Shown: positions 43,538-60,982 of the stretch, one piece after another
Layout of the letters: each line of letters starts with the position of its first letter
Position numbering within the stretch: position 1 is the first letter of the stretch
Origin: the human T2T-CHM13v2.0 reference genome, Homo sapiens
Assembly (NCBI RefSeq): GCF_009914755.1
Contig: NC_060944.1
Length of the DNA: 64,000 bases
Strand: one strand, 5' to 3'
Translations under genes and position numbers: made by a program
The notes under the pieces: generated by a model
The model's database searches: none
Told to the model about the DNA's origin: nothing
What the model saw: the letters and a program-made list of their open reading frames with translations, nothing else

Positions 43538-44539
43538 AATATGGTATCATGTTGAGCAGAAACTCTCAACCTTCCCTGTTGAGGTACACTGATAAAAACT
43601 ATAATAAGAAATGTATTACTGATTGCAAAATCTCATAATTATGAGCAATTTGTTCTTTCATAAATTTAAGAGAATTTCTCCAGAATAACAACACTCACTT
43701 TCATTGCTGTATGCTTGTCTTTAAAAGTAGAAGGAAAAGTTGATGAAAGTATGGCTAAAGTTGGAACTTCTCTCTCTTCTACCCTGGCTGCAGCATTAGT
43801 GAATAAGTATAATTTTTATGACTGTAACAATGAAATATTTCTCTTTCTGGACTTTATTTTCCAGAAAGAGAATCTTTGGAGGAAAAGCTGATCTGTGAGG
43901 CAGTAAAGGAAAAGTGTTAATGTTAATGCCATATGAACCTTTAGAAGAAAGTCATTTTTTGATGGAAGCTTGCTTGTATCAATACATGCATGCATGGAAA
44001 CAAATACTCTCTTCTTCCCCATGTCTTTTGTATGCTATCCTATTCCACTAGTCCTGAATTAGTACTTATGCTCTGCAGCGAACTCTCTCAAGTTCGTCTT
44101 TCTGAAGTCCGAATCTCTCTCTTGAATGTTTCTGGCCTTAGTACCTACCCTGTAAACGGACTAAACCTGATCCATTTACAGACTAGATAGTTTTATCCAA
44201 AAGATAATTCATGGAATTTCCCTAATAAATGTGTATTAATTTATATTACTTTAACAATTGATTTTCATTGATCCTGATGAGGATTGGCTATTAGTTGATT
44301 ACTATGTGTATTTTGTAAAGATATACATGGCTGTCAGAAAAGAAGCTATTTTATGCCATAAAATATTATGAGACAATTTTTTAAAAATGAGACTATGTTT
44401 TTCCTGAAACAAGCTATTTCTACAAACATATGCTTTCATGAAATTTTATTTCTCATGTTACCTTTATGATTACCTTGTTGTATGCTGACTATATTAATAA
44501 AGTTAGAGATTCTATGAAGTTTTAAGAGATTTTCTCTCT

Positions 44540-46950
<2,411 letters not shown>

Positions 46951-48044
46951 GCAATAAGTGTTTATTGTGTTGAAGTTTTGTGAAAATAGTAGATTAGGTT
47001 TTTCTACCAGTTGGGTACCTTAAAAAATCCTTTAGTACTCAGTTTTTAAGTTTTAAGTAAAAAAGATCACAAGTGACTAATTAAAATAATAATGAGAGTA
47101 CTATAAGTATTCCAAAATAGTTGTTGCTAGTGGTGATATTTAGGGTGTATATTTGGTTCGGATTTTGTGCATATGTATTTCTAAGTTACCTACAGTGAAT
47201 ACATTTGTGGACATCAAACACTCTATGTTTCTTTTTTTGTGATAGCTTGTGCCTGACCTAATTCTACATTAGCGAACAGATTGAAGAAGTGAGGAGACAT
47301 CAGATAGATGTAGACACTTCACCAAGGAGTCCCCCTGCAGTGCCACAGGGGCAGTAGGCTCACTTATTCCATATCCTTGGCATTTGCAGGGATAGACATA
47401 CACAGGGAGGCACGGGGAGCTCCTGAGGAGCAAGGGCAGATGGTCAATGATGGGAAAAAGTTGCAGTGCCATAGACCATCTTTCTTTTAATGGAAACTCA
47501 GGGATGGATGGTCTGGCCATAAACTATTAATAGTACCTCTGGGAAATAATAATACTCAATACAGGGCCCATCAAAACTGTTTCTCAAATTTAAAAGAGCC
47601 ACAGGGTTGCAGAACAGGGACTTAGAAATAGTAGAGACAATTATATTTAAAATGGATGGTCACAAAACCATGATTCTGGGTTAGTATGGTTTGCCTCCTC
47701 AGTAATAAGACAAGCAATCTTAACAGTAAAAGTACTTTGAGTCTGGCATTTTACACATAGAAATGTGAATCCATTTTTACATTTAAAAAATGCAAATCAA
47801 TAGAAAATATGTGGTTTTATACATAGGATTTTTGTTTAAGGACTATATTTTAGTGCACAGTCTTCTACTTAACAAAATATATCTGCATTCAAAATAAATT
47901 ATTTGCTATGAAGCAGAGAGTGAAATTTATCAGGATCTTAATATTATAAGTTAAATTTTATATTTTGAGGTTATTAACCTGGTTTGGATTTTGTACATTT
48001 ACACAACACCTTACAGAAGAGGTTTTCAAACCACATTCCACAGA

Positions 48045-48265
48045 ATGTCCCTTTTTAAGGCTAAGTAATATTCCACTGTATATCTGTACCACATTTTGTT
48101 TATCCATTCTTCTGTCAATGAATGCTTCCACCTTTTGGCTATCATGAATAAAATTGCTATGCACCTGAATTTGCAAATATCTGTTGAAGTCCCTGCTTTC
48201 AATTTTTGTGGGTTTAAACCCAGAAGTGGACTTGGTGACTGATATAGTAATTCTATGTTTCATTT

Positions 48266-48304
<39 letters not shown>

Positions 48305-49050
48305 TTTTTGAGATGGAGTCTGACTCTCTTGGATCACTGCAACTTCCACCTCCAAGATTCAAGTGATTCTGCTGTCTCAGCCTCCTGAGTAGCTGGGATT
48401 ACAGGCACTCAGCACCACGCCCAGTTAATTTTTGTATTTTTAGTTGAGACAGGTTTTCACCATGTTGGTCAGGCTGGTCTTGAACTCCTGACTTCGTAAT
48501 CTGGCCACCTCGGTGCCCTAAAGTGCTGGGATAACAGGCATGAGCCACTGAGTCCAGCCTATGTTCCATTTATTTTTAATTTTGGAAGCACTGTACTCTT
48601 TTCCACCATGACTATACCACTGTAGAGTCCACTGCCAATGTACAAGAGTTTCGATTTGGCTACATCCTCACCAACACTTGTTATTCCCTGCTTTTTTGAT
48701 GATTGCCATCTTAATGTGTATGAAGTGCTATCTTACTATGGTTTTGATGTGCATTTCCTTAGTAATCAGTGATGTTGAGCATCTTTCATGTGCTTGATGG
48801 CCACTTGTATATCTTTTTTGGGAAATTTTCTATGTAAGTCCTTTGCCTACTTTTTAATAGGGTTGTTTATTTATTGTTGTGTTGCAGGAATTCTTTATAT
48901 ATTCTGCATATTGATCCCTTATCAAATATATTATTTGAAATATTTTCTTCCATTCTGCCAGTTGTTCTCTGATTGTACAAAAGTTTTAAATTTTGGTGAA
49001 GTCCAATTTACTTGTTTTTTTCCCTTGTTACTTATGCTTTTGGTGTCAGA
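48045..49050 (-). mobile_element. L1MB-like ORF2 end/3'UTR, split by an Alu
   Basis: tttttaaggctaagtaatattccactgt...taccacattttgtttatccattc; catcctcaccaacacttgttatt. Confidence 0.8.
48263..48558 (-). mobile_element. AluS with (TTTA)n tail and internal deletion
   Basis: TSD ctatgttttcattt/ctatgttccattt. Confidence 0.92.
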
Positions 49051-49529
49051 AAGCTTTTAGTTTATAATTTTAACTATATCATGTCTCCTGCCTCATATGT
49101 ACCACTGGACAAGATATCTTTTATGTGCTCTGCTTCTGTCAGAGGTAAATGTATTTTGAAGTGGAGAACGAAGATAATTGCAAAATTGGCCTGGAGAACT
49201 AAGGTAATTATGAAAGTTCTAGATACAAGGAAAGAGGGCTTAATATGCCAGCAGTTCTCTACCAATCCATCCTAGCGGTCTTCTTTTAGGATTGCCTAAA
49301 TAATGCAGGGGATGGGTGCAAGACACACAAGTGTTCCAGAAGCATGTAAACAAGGTACAGAGAAAAGGATAAGATAAAATAAGATGAGCTAAGAATATTA
49401 GGAAAGCCCTGTTCAGAAGATTGCCTACAGAGGCAAAAGGGACAGTTTCATTTTGCTGAGGGAAAGAGGGTGGAAAGAAGCCTCGTGGGGAAGATCTGCG
49501 CTTACGCTGTTACAGAGAGGTGTAAAATA

Positions 49530-50017
49530 ACGTAATGGGAGAGCATTAGGCTGAGATAGCTCCCATGGCCAGGGTTCCTACGTAGACAAAATGAAACAAG
49601 CTTAGCCCACCAACAAGTGGACCGCTGAGTATTAGCTGTGTAATGAGAGACCTACCACCAGGATAGTTCCAATAATGCAACTGCCCAAATTTTTGCCAAA
49701 CAAATAATTTCTCTACTCTACTTCTACATTCACCCTATAAAAGCCTTCCCTACAAATGCCTCCAGTAGATCCTCCAACCACTTTCAGTTTGGAGCTGGCT
49801 GATCCATGAATCTCTGTTTGCTTAAACTCTTTAAAATGTTAATATGCTTACGTTTATCTATTTTTTTCTCATTTTTAAAAATTGAGATGGGATCTTCCTA
49901 TGTTGTCCAGGCTGGTCTTAAACTCCTGAACTCAAGGGATCCTCCTGCCTCAGCCTCCTGAGTAGCTGGAATTATAGACGGGTGCCTCCACACCCAGCTT
50001 ACATTTATCTTTAAACA
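49530..50017 (+). mobile_element. ERV1-type LTR (LTR47-like) interrupted by an Alu monomer
   Basis: TATA-like cctataaaag and 3' end aaactctttaaaatgttaat...tttatctttaaaca; subfamily uncertain. Confidence 0.6.
49861..49998 (-). mobile_element. FLAM/free Alu monomer
   Basis: Single left-type arm; TSD gcttacgtttatct/gcttacatttatct. Confidence 0.85.
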
Positions 50018-50239
50018 AGGGTTTGACCCCTTTCTGAAATGTATTTGTGTTAAAACCTGTACCCTAAGTGATATGGCAGACTCATTTTAGACCATTGGAC
50101 ACTTTTGTCTCTGGACCACAATTTGCCCTTTGTGACCTGCTCTCCTAAGAAATTCAAGTGTAATTCAAGTTAGTTTACCCTCTGCTGATCAGGGGAGATT
50201 GCTCTGGGTGCAAACTCAAGACAGGCACTCACACCTTCA

Positions 50240-50328
50240 TTCACACCCCAAATCTCAACATCACACAATACACCCATGTAATAAACCTGCACAGGTACCC
50301 TCCAGAATCTAAAATGAAAATTGAAATT
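50240..50328 (+). mobile_element. L1PB/L1PA16-like 3' end
   Basis: catcacacaatacacccatgtaataaacctgcacaggtaccc...aatctaaaatgaaa. Confidence 0.65.
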
Positions 50329-50984
50329 CCCTAAAATTTTAATTTCATCTTACTAAAAAACAAAGATAAATTTACTTCTTTCAAATTTTTATATACATTA
50401 TACTGACATACACACTATATTCTATGGTGAATTATGTTGATTGAATTTCACATTTTAAACTAACACTGAGTTACTTTGAAAAACTCTATTGGGTCATAAT
50501 ATATTATGTTTTTAATATATTTTAATACAATTTGCAAATATTCTGTTTTAAAATTACATCTATGTTCCATAAATAAAGAAATATGTAAAAATAATAAATG
50601 TTTATATTATTCAAGTGAAGATTACAGCAATCTTTTTGAATATCTACTTAACCTCAGCTGGCTTTAAATTCAGAAGTAGCAACTCCATAGAAATTCAACT
50701 TATTTCTACCTTATTACTCATAGTTGTCTCCTTGAAGAAGCTTCATTGCTATCATCCAGTTTAGACTGGGATGTCACAGATCTCTAGACTGAGTAGTATA
50801 ATACTCACTGTTCAAATAAAATCAAATTATTATAACGTTATGACACCTCCAAATACAAAAAATGAAGCCCATGGATGTTAGGTTAAGGTATAGAGACAAG
50901 TATTCCTACTTACTATCTTTTAGGGCAGACATATCCCAGCTAAGGTGATTGCAAAATGAAATGGAAACCATATTGTGGAAGGGG

Positions 50985-51175
50985 ACTTGAGACTCAGATT
51001 GGATTTTCATTCCAACTCTTATATACACAAGCTGCATGACTCTGGGTAAATTGCATATTCTCTTAGAGTTTCAATTTCTTCATCTGTACAATGGAGGTTA
51101 ATGCCTATGGGTTACTGCTGATGTGGGGATAAAAGAACCAACAGGGATGCACGTGCAGGACCTGGTCCATAAAGC
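50985..51175 (+). mobile_element. MIR
   Basis: gctgcatgactctgggtaaattgc...tcaatttcttcatctgtacaatggag is the MIR core. Confidence 0.7.
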
Positions 51176-51898
51176 AGCTGGCATCAACCAATGGAAGCCC
51201 CCTTCCCATCTTGTCTTTGCATGCACTACAAAATCTGGAATATGTGGGTATAAAAAATACTCTTATAAGAGACAGAATTGGAAACTTTTGCAAAAAGAGA
51301 TTGGAAAGGTGTCACATCTTGTGGCATGAGGAGTTGTGGGCATACACTTGAATTTTGCGCTGTGAGATACCCACAGAACTTCATAGCTTAAGAGAACAGT
51401 TTAGATGTCATCTTATTCATCTACCATAGAACTTCCTCTTCTTTTCCGAGACTTCTAGACAGTAACTTTTACAGCTCTAATAATACAGTTCTCTCCCAAT
51501 TGTTTGGACTATTCTAATAGATGCCAAGCAGTATTTCACCAGCAGATGCTACTGCAGTTCATATGATGATTTCAAACTGAAAATCCATTTACAGTTATGC
51601 AATACATATTTTTTGGAAATAGGGTGAAAGTACTTTAAGATTAAAATTCTATGAAATAGGTTTACAGTAAATAATTATTTGTTGCAATGTCTATCTTACT
51701 ATCTTATATTCACATGTATCGGTGTCCTAATAAATATATGTGGTGAGTGAAAGTTACTTGAAGGCAGAGACTGTGCCATATGTTCTCTGCACCGCTGATG
51801 CCTATATCAGCACGTGATATACAGTAGATGCTCAGTAAATACTTTAACTTAAAAAACGCACTAAGAATAAATCTTAGAAGATATCAAAGTACATATGA

Positions 51899-52247
<349 letters not shown>

Positions 52248-52349
52248 CCACAAAATGTTTTAATGTAGCTTCAAAACCCCTTTGCAAATAGGCGTATTCA
52301 TAACAAGATGAAAACAAGGAAACATTGAGCTTCATATAACAGAAGGGTT

Positions 52350-52600
52350 CTGCCTGGATTTGCATGTGGCCCCATCATTAGTTTGCTGTTGGGCCATGGT
52401 CAGGTTACTTAGCTGCTCTCTGCCTCCACATAGGCTTTATGCCTGTGCATCCCTCATCTACAAAATGGGAATAATAAGAATATCTAACAGTTAGAAGTGG
52501 AGAAAACATATATAAAGGCCTTTGAAAAGATCTTGTCAAAGCTCAATAATTGTCCTCAATAATTGCTCTCAATAATTGTCAGCTATTATTCAATAATAAT
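52350..52600 (+). mobile_element. MIR (degenerate) containing a short tandem (ctcaataattg)x3
   Basis: ggttacttagct...cctcatctacaaaatgggaataata; tandem at 52542-52579. Confidence 0.6.
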
Positions 52601-52877
52601 TATAATCATGAAAATGTATGACTCAAAGAAAAATTCCTACTTCATATCCAGCTTGCCAAAAGAATATCAGACATTGGACCTGTGAAAGGAATGACATTGA
52701 GATTTATTTTCACATCGCTAAGTTGGTTTTTTCTTTGCCATTCAATTTCTGCAGTCCCCACTCTAAGTCCATGGTCCACCTTTTTATTTTTCCTTCTAAG
52801 ATGTCTTCCCTTCTTGTAAGATTTTCTTTGCCTTAAGAAGGGCCCTTTTCATCCACCCACTCTTTTACCCTTCCTAG

Positions 52878-53162
52878 AAGTTGGTTAATGGGCACAAAAA
52901 TACAGTTAGATGGAAGGAACAGAAGAAGTTCTAGTGTTCAATAGCACAATAGGGTGATGATCGTCAACAACAACTTATTATACATTTCAAAATGGCTAGA
53001 GGAAAGATGTGGAATTTTCCTAACACAAATAAATGATAAATATTTGAGGTGATGGATATGCAAATTATCTTGATTTGATCAGTGCACATTGTATACATGT
53101 ATCAAAATATCACATGTACCCTAGAAATAATTATAATTGTCATGTATCAATAAAAACAAAAA
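52878..53162 (+). mobile_element. L1MA 3' end
   Basis: aagttctagtgttcaatagcacaatagggtga...aatatttgaggtgatggatatgc...cacatgtaccc. Confidence 0.85.
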
Positions 53163-54199
53163 GGGCTTATTTCTCTTTCCTTCCTCCCAGCATTCCCTCC
53201 TATCCCAGATATGTGTTGCTCCTGGGGCTCTCCTTCTCCACGTTCAGTCAGCACTGAGCCAGCAGGAAGGATTTCACAGGTCATATCCTGAGATCAACCC
53301 TCCACCCCTTCAGGTAATGATCCTCCTGCTCTTAGTCATTTATATCCTTTGCTTCATAGATATTTTGAGTCAAGTGCCTTCTAACCGCTGAGCTACATAA
53401 TATCCCTTGGTTTTTAAAGATAATACAAAGTGGATTTTAGCAATAATCTTGAGTCTTCACAGAAGCTAATGAAGTTGGGGATTCCATGAAGCCATCCAAG
53501 CACATAAAGCCCATTTCCTGGGTCCCTTTTCCCTATCTCAAGGCCACAAAAATCAGAACATGAATTCCAGCCCATATTTGCATTATGTCTAAATAATTAT
53601 GAATTATAAATGAAGCTAAAAAATAGCTAAATATGTTCTATTCTTCTACTTCAATAACTATACCGCCATAATATCCCACAAGGTCAAAGTCCAGTGTAGA
53701 ATTCTCTGAGTTCTTGGTGCTCTGCATGGGAATGTGGTAGTAAAGGGAGAGCTTATCCTCAGCCCCAGGCTAAATTTTTTTCTTTCATCATAGCTAGCCC
53801 TGTCCTTACTTGAGAAGCCTTGCTTTCTCCTGTGTGGGGGACTCCCTAGGCCCCATGCAAGCTCCATCCACAATTCTCACCCCTTCAGACAGTAGAGCCT
53901 TGGGCACCATTTGGACAAGCATAGTTTTCACTTTGAAATAGACCCAGGGAAGAGGCCATGCAGGCTCAGGTACATTTGGCCAGGGGCCTGAGTGCCCAGC
54001 GTATGCCCTAGAAGAGAGGGTGAGAGCTCTGGGTGGACCGGGGTACAGTCAGTGGAGGGCCAGAGAGACACCTTCTCAAGCGCGGGATTCAGGACGGGGG
54101 TCCTCTTGCCAAGATCGATGGCTATGATTCCTCCGTGCAATGACGACTGCGTCACGTCTTCTCAGCGCACCTTTCTTTCAGTCTCAGCCACCGTGAGGA

Positions 54200-54600
54200 G
54201 TTCCATGGAAGCACATGCTTCCCTTGTGCTGCCAGCAAACTCAAGCTACACTTTCCGCCCCGGGACATCTCCACTATTGCAGGGTTTTGCCTAAGCACAA
54301 ATACAGCCCAGAAACACTTGCAGGTTAACAGCCTCAGGGGAAGACCTCAACCAGTGTGGGACAGGTGGGCAAATGCTCGAGGCTCATGTTTCAGGTGGAC
54401 AGTCCTGGATAACTTTCCAGAGCCTCTCGGGAGGTCCCACATAAAAAAAGTCCATGGGAGCAGCCTCAATGGCATTCTATTATTTTGGCTTTTTTTTCTT
54501 GCCTGGCGCACTCTTCCCACATCTCACTCTTGCTTCTTGGAATCACTTCCCAAATAAATCATCCACACCCAAGTCTTTACTCCAGCTCTGCTTTCAGGGG
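54200..54600 (+). mobile_element. ERVL LTR16-like fragment
   Basis: cttcttggaatcacttcccaaataaatcatccacacccaagtc...ctctgctttcagggg; left boundary uncertain. Confidence 0.55.
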
Positions 54601-54699
54601 TACAGGCACACCTTGGATATATTGCATGTTTGGTTCTAGGTCACCACAATAAGGCGAATATCACAATAGAGCAAGTCACATGAAATTTTTTGCGAGTCA

Positions 54700-55010
<311 letters not shown>

Positions 55011-55548
55011 AAAGTTGTGTTTAAACTACTGTAGTCAATTAAGTGTGCAATAGCATTATGTCTAAAATATAATGTATATACCTTACTTTGAAAATACTTG
55101 ATTGCCAAAAAATGCTAACCATCATCTGGGCCTTCAGCAAGTCATAATCATTTTGCTGGTGGATGGTCTCGTCTCAGTGTTGATAGCTACTGACTGATCA
55201 GGGTGATGGTTGCTGAGGGCTGGAGAAGGTGTGGCAATTTCTTAAAATAACATGACAGGGAAGTTTGCCGGGTTGACTGACTCTTGCTTTCACAAAAGAT
55301 TTCACTGTAGCATGCTACGCAGTTTGGTAGCATTTTACCCACAGTAGAATTTATATCAAAACTGGAAGCAATCTTCTCAAACCCTGCCACTCCTCTGTCA
55401 ACTAAGTTTATGGAATATTCTAAGTCCTTTGTCGTTCTTTCCACAATGTTCACGGCATCTTCACCAGGAGTAGATTCCATCCCAAGAAACCACTTTCTTT
55501 GCTCATTCATAATAAGCAACTCCTCATCCATTAAGATTGCAGCAATCT

Positions 55549-55864
<316 letters not shown>

Positions 55865-56186
55865 TCACATCTTCACGCTCCACTTTTCATACTAGTCCTC
55901 TTGCTATCTTCACCACATCTGTGGTTACTTCCTCTGCTATGGTCTCAAACCCCTCAAAGTCATTTATGGGAGTTAGAATCAACTTCTTCCAAACTCCCAT
56001 TAATGCTGCTATTTTTACCTCCTCTGGTGAATCATGAATGTTCTTAGTGGCATCTACAATAGTGAATCCATTTATAGAGCACGGGTAGAGTAGATTTAGC
56101 ATAATTCTTAAGAGGTTCCCTAGGATTTATGGAATGGCAAATGAGCATTGGCTTGTAATAAGAGAGTCAGTCTGTCCTTTAAATCA

Positions 56187-56476
56187 TTTTTTTTTTTCTT
56201 GAGATAAGGTCTCACTCTGTTGCCCAGGCTGGATTGCAGTGGCATGATCTTGGCCCACTTCAGACTTGACCTCCTTGACTCAAGCAATCCTCCCACCTCA
56301 GACTCCTGAGTAGCTGGACTAGTAGCATGCACCACCATACATGGCTTTTTTTTTTATTCATTTATTTTTGGTTAAAGACAGGGTTTCACCATGTTGCCCA
56401 GGCTGGCCTCAAACTCCTAAGCTCAAGCTATTCTCCCACTTCAGTCTCCCAGAGACATGAGCCACCCTGCCTGGCC
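56187..56476 (-). mobile_element. AluJ in Tigger1
   Basis: J-type diagnostics. Confidence 0.88.
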
Positions 56477-56934
56477 TCTAAATTCGTGTTATGTAGACTG
56501 ACTTTCATGGTTAAAATGTCCTGAATTGACTGTGGCCTGTTGGGAGGTGGGATGGAGGAAACTACTTATGGAAATTGAAGAAGAAAGGGAAGCACACCGG
56601 AGCAAGAAAGTGTCATTCAATTTTTACATCAAGGACTCCATGGTAAAGAGAAAGAACAGGTAGCCTGTTTTTGTGGCTGACCATTGGACTGCAGACTGCA
56701 CCTGCATCTACCAGGTTCTTCTGGATAGTCCCAGTTTTAAATTTTTGACCTGGCATTCATGAACACAGTGCTACTGGTCAGACCTTTGTCCAGGTTTAAG
56801 CTTCAGAAAATAAGGTCTTCACGCAGTGGGAGGCCTGGTTAGGGTTATGATTCTGCCCTGGGGCATCTGACCCTTCTGACCTGGAGGTAAACTTGGCATC
56901 TACAATTTACCTCCACATTTGAACAGCCAAGGAT

Positions 56935-57095
56935 GGGCTGAGCACAAAGGCTCGCATCTGTAACTCCAACACTTTGGGAGGCCAAGGTGGGAGTATTGCT
57001 TGAGGCCAGGAGTTGTAGACCAGCCTGGGCAATATAGTGAGACCTTGTCTCTATAAAAACAAACAAACAAACAAACAAACAAACAAACAAGCAAA
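56935..57095 (+). mobile_element. FLAM/Alu left monomer with (CAAA)n tail
   Basis: ccaaggatg repeated on both sides. Confidence 0.85.
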
Positions 57096-57309
57096 ACCAA
57101 GGATGCGTGGGTGGCAGGGAGCAGTTCAACATGGGAAACCATTAATCTGAGAGCTGGAAGGACCCTTAGACCAGCCCCCTATTAACAGATGAGACTGCCC
57201 TGGGATTATAGCCTAAGGTAATTCATTGAACTTTTCTAGAGATTTGAAAATCAACATTCCTAAAACCCCCAAGCATACTGCTACTGTTTGCTATTGAATA
57301 GTGTTTTCT

Positions 57310-57701
<392 letters not shown>

Positions 57702-57844
57702 TTATTTCCAGATCATGGAAGTGGGAATACTTGTTGATCATCTTCTATGTTCTTTGTTATATTGATTGATTTTTTAAAAAAGCTAGCATTTTTATAACAA
57801 TAAAGTCATAAAAATAAGTAACTAAAATAAAGTAAAATAATCTA

Positions 57845-58148
<304 letters not shown>

Positions 58149-59115
58149 AAATCTAAATGTAATTGAGTTGAATATTTAAACTTTTAATTGACATTTCAAA
58201 TTAGGTTCTAATTCCATTTAAAAGAGCATCTTATAGAAGCAAATGTACTCATTTATGTTAACTCTGTGGTTTCATTTAAGCAATTTGTTTTGTGAAGGGA
58301 CACAAAGCCAACCAGATTTTAACAGTGTATAAATATGTATTTATTAATTTAATTACAATGACAATACTCTCAACTCCCCATTTGAATAAAGGAGAGCATC
58401 TGATCTGTGTTCTGGGACAGCGTGCACTGTAGGTGTGTGGAAATACCGATGCCCTCAGCTGTGTGGCAGGCTCAGAGGGACCTGGAGTGCAGGAGCCCCT
58501 GGGCCATTCACCTCTGGCCACAAAAGTCATTGTCCATTTACCCCCAACTGCTATAGAAATATTATTTTCAGTGGTTGTTATGATGCAAAAGAAAAGATGC
58601 AGGGAGATTTATTAAACCTTTACATATAAGATATGTTAGTAAATAAAGTCTACTTTCTTCTGGCTTAACTAAAAATCTTTACTAGTATTTATGCATTTTG
58701 GAAAATAAAGATGCCAATTTAAATATTATGAAGCAAAGCAATTGATTATTAGTTAAGACAGCCAAGTACAACTGCAGAATTGTAGAGGTTATGTGTTACA
58801 TGTATAAGACTATTTCATAGCAATAATCTTTTAAGACTCTGTGAAGACACTCCACAGTGAAGCAGAAATTAGAGCAGAATTAATAATACTGTGTATGCTC
58901 TCAGTTCACCAATTTATCAAAACTAGCTTTGTAATTCAGGAGGCTGTCTGTTCTTTTGCAACTGGAAGAAAAGAAATAACATTTTATTTTTCAGCTCTTT
59001 AGATTTTCTTCATTAAGAGTATTTCCAAAGCTAAGTATGGGAATTGCCAGTAGCACCAAGAGAAAAAAGCAGTCTTGAGCAGCTTTTAAAAAATGGTCTT
59101 AAAATATGGAAAATG

Positions 59116-59420
59116 GAGCCAGGTGTGGTGGCTCACTCTTGTGATCCCAGCACTTTGGGAGCTTGAGGTGGGAGGATTGCTTGAGGCCAAAAGCTTGAGA
59201 CCAGCCTGGGCAGCATAGCAAGATCCCCATCGTTACAAAAATAATATATTTTTTTAAAATTAGCTGGATGAGGTGGTGCATGCATTAGAGTCCCAGTTAC
59301 TTGGGAGGCTGAGGTAGGAGGAGTTCTTGAGCCCAGCAGTTCAAGTCTGCAGTGAGCTATGATTGCACCAGTCCTCAAGCCTGGGCAACAAAGTGAGACC
59401 TTGCCTCTCTCTCTCTAAAA
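59116..59420 (+). mobile_element. AluJ with TA-rich tail
   Basis: J-type; atatggaaaa on both sides. Confidence 0.88.
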
Positions 59421-59469
59421 ATATATATAAATATATATAAATAATATATATCCACATATATATGGAAAA

Positions 59470-60500
59470 GGGAAGGGGCCAAGAATATCAAAGACATTAT
59501 TGAAGAAGAGGAAAGATTTGTGCTGGCAAATATCAGAACTTTTATAAAGCTACAGCAGTTAAGACAGTGTGGTCCTCACTGATAAACTGACTAATGAAAC
59601 AGAATAGAGAGTTCCCAAACAAATCTCCACAAATTTAATCTTTGATATGTGATGTAGGTGACATGGCAGATCAGCAAGGAAAGAAAGGACTTTTCAATAA
59701 ATAGAATAGAAAAATAATGGTTATTGATATAAGAAACAAAATGAAATTATATTCCTGCCTCGCTCTATATACAAACATTAAATTCCTGAGGACCAAAGAC
59801 TTACATGTCAGAAACAAAACTTCAAAACTTTTAGTAGAAAATGTAAGTGAATGAGACACAAAAAGCCATTTAACCATTAAAAAAGATTAGACATTTTGAC
59901 TATCACAAAATTAAGAACTTTTTACACCAAAAACTGAAAAGATAGGCTGGGCACAGTGTCTCAATCCTGTAATCCCAACAGTACATCACCTGAGGTCAGG
60001 AGTTTGAGACCAGGCTGGCCAACATGGTGAAATGCCATCTCTCCTAAAAATACAAGAAATTAGCTTGGCATTGGTGGCAGACACCTGTAATCCCGGCTAC
60101 TTGGGAAGCTGAGGCACGAGAATCGTCTGAACCCAAGAGGTGGAGTGAGCCACTGCACTCCAGCCTGAATAACAGAGCTAGACTCTGTCTCAAAAAAAAA
60201 AAGAAATTAAAAAATAAAAGTAAAAAAGTGAAAAGATAAACTATAAATTAGAAGATATTTGCAGTACCTAAAACCTATGAAAGATTACAATCAGATCAAC
60301 TAAGTATAAGGAGCTCCTATGAATTAATTTTAAAAATAGCAACCCAACAGAAAATTCGGAAAAGACATCAATAGGGATTTCTCAAAAGATAAAGCATGCA
60401 AAATGTAAAAAAAATTCTCAACCTCATTAGTAATCAGGAAAATGCACAAGATACTACACATCTATTCTCCCCACAATTATTAAGAAATTTGACAATACCA
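59470..60500 (+). mobile_element. Old L1M (L1ME-like) ORF2 fragments
   Basis: tataaagctacagcagttaagacagtgtgg, gaaacagaatagagagt, ggacttttcaataaatag. Confidence 0.7.
59945..60230 (+). mobile_element. AluS with two internal deletions
   Basis: TSD gaaaagata. Confidence 0.88.
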
Positions 60501-60502
60501 AA

Positions 60503-60982
60503 TGTATTAGTCCACATTTGCACTGCTGATGAAGACATACCTGAGACAGGGAAGAAAAAGAGACTTAATTGGATTTAGGGTTTCACATGGTTGAGGAGGA
60601 CTCAGAGTTACGGCAGCGGGTGAACAGCACTTCTTACATGGCAGTGGCAAGAGAATATGAGACGGAGGCAAAAGAAGCAAAAGACAAAACCCCTAATAAT
60701 CCCATCAGATCTTGTGAGATTTATCCACTATCACAAGAATAGCATGGGAAAGACCGGCCCCAAAGATTCAACTACGTCCCCCTGGTTCCCTCCCCGAACA
60801 CGTAGGAATTCTGAGCAATACAATTCAAGTTGAGATGTGGGTAGGGACATAGTCAAACCATATTTTTCCACTCCTGGACCCTCCAAATCTCATGTCCTCA
60901 CATTTCAAAATTTATTACGCCTTCCCAACAGTCCCCCAAAGTCTTAACTCATTTCAGCATTAACCCAAAAGTGCACTGTCCA
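60503..60982 (-). mobile_element. THE1 LTR (60503-~60863) plus ~120 bp of internal sequence, truncated
   Basis: tgtattagtcc...acaattcaagttgagat...aaaccata, then ccctccaaatctcatgtcctcacatttcaaaa...agtcttaactcatttcagcattaac (THE1-int). Confidence 0.88.

Noticed and set aside
47269-47520. 83-aa minus-strand ORF in non-repeat DNA
   Set aside because: No recognised homology; length within chance expectation.
55187-55531. 114-aa transposase ORF as a domesticated TIGD1-like gene
   Set aside because: Only a fragment of an internally deleted, Alu-interrupted Tigger1.
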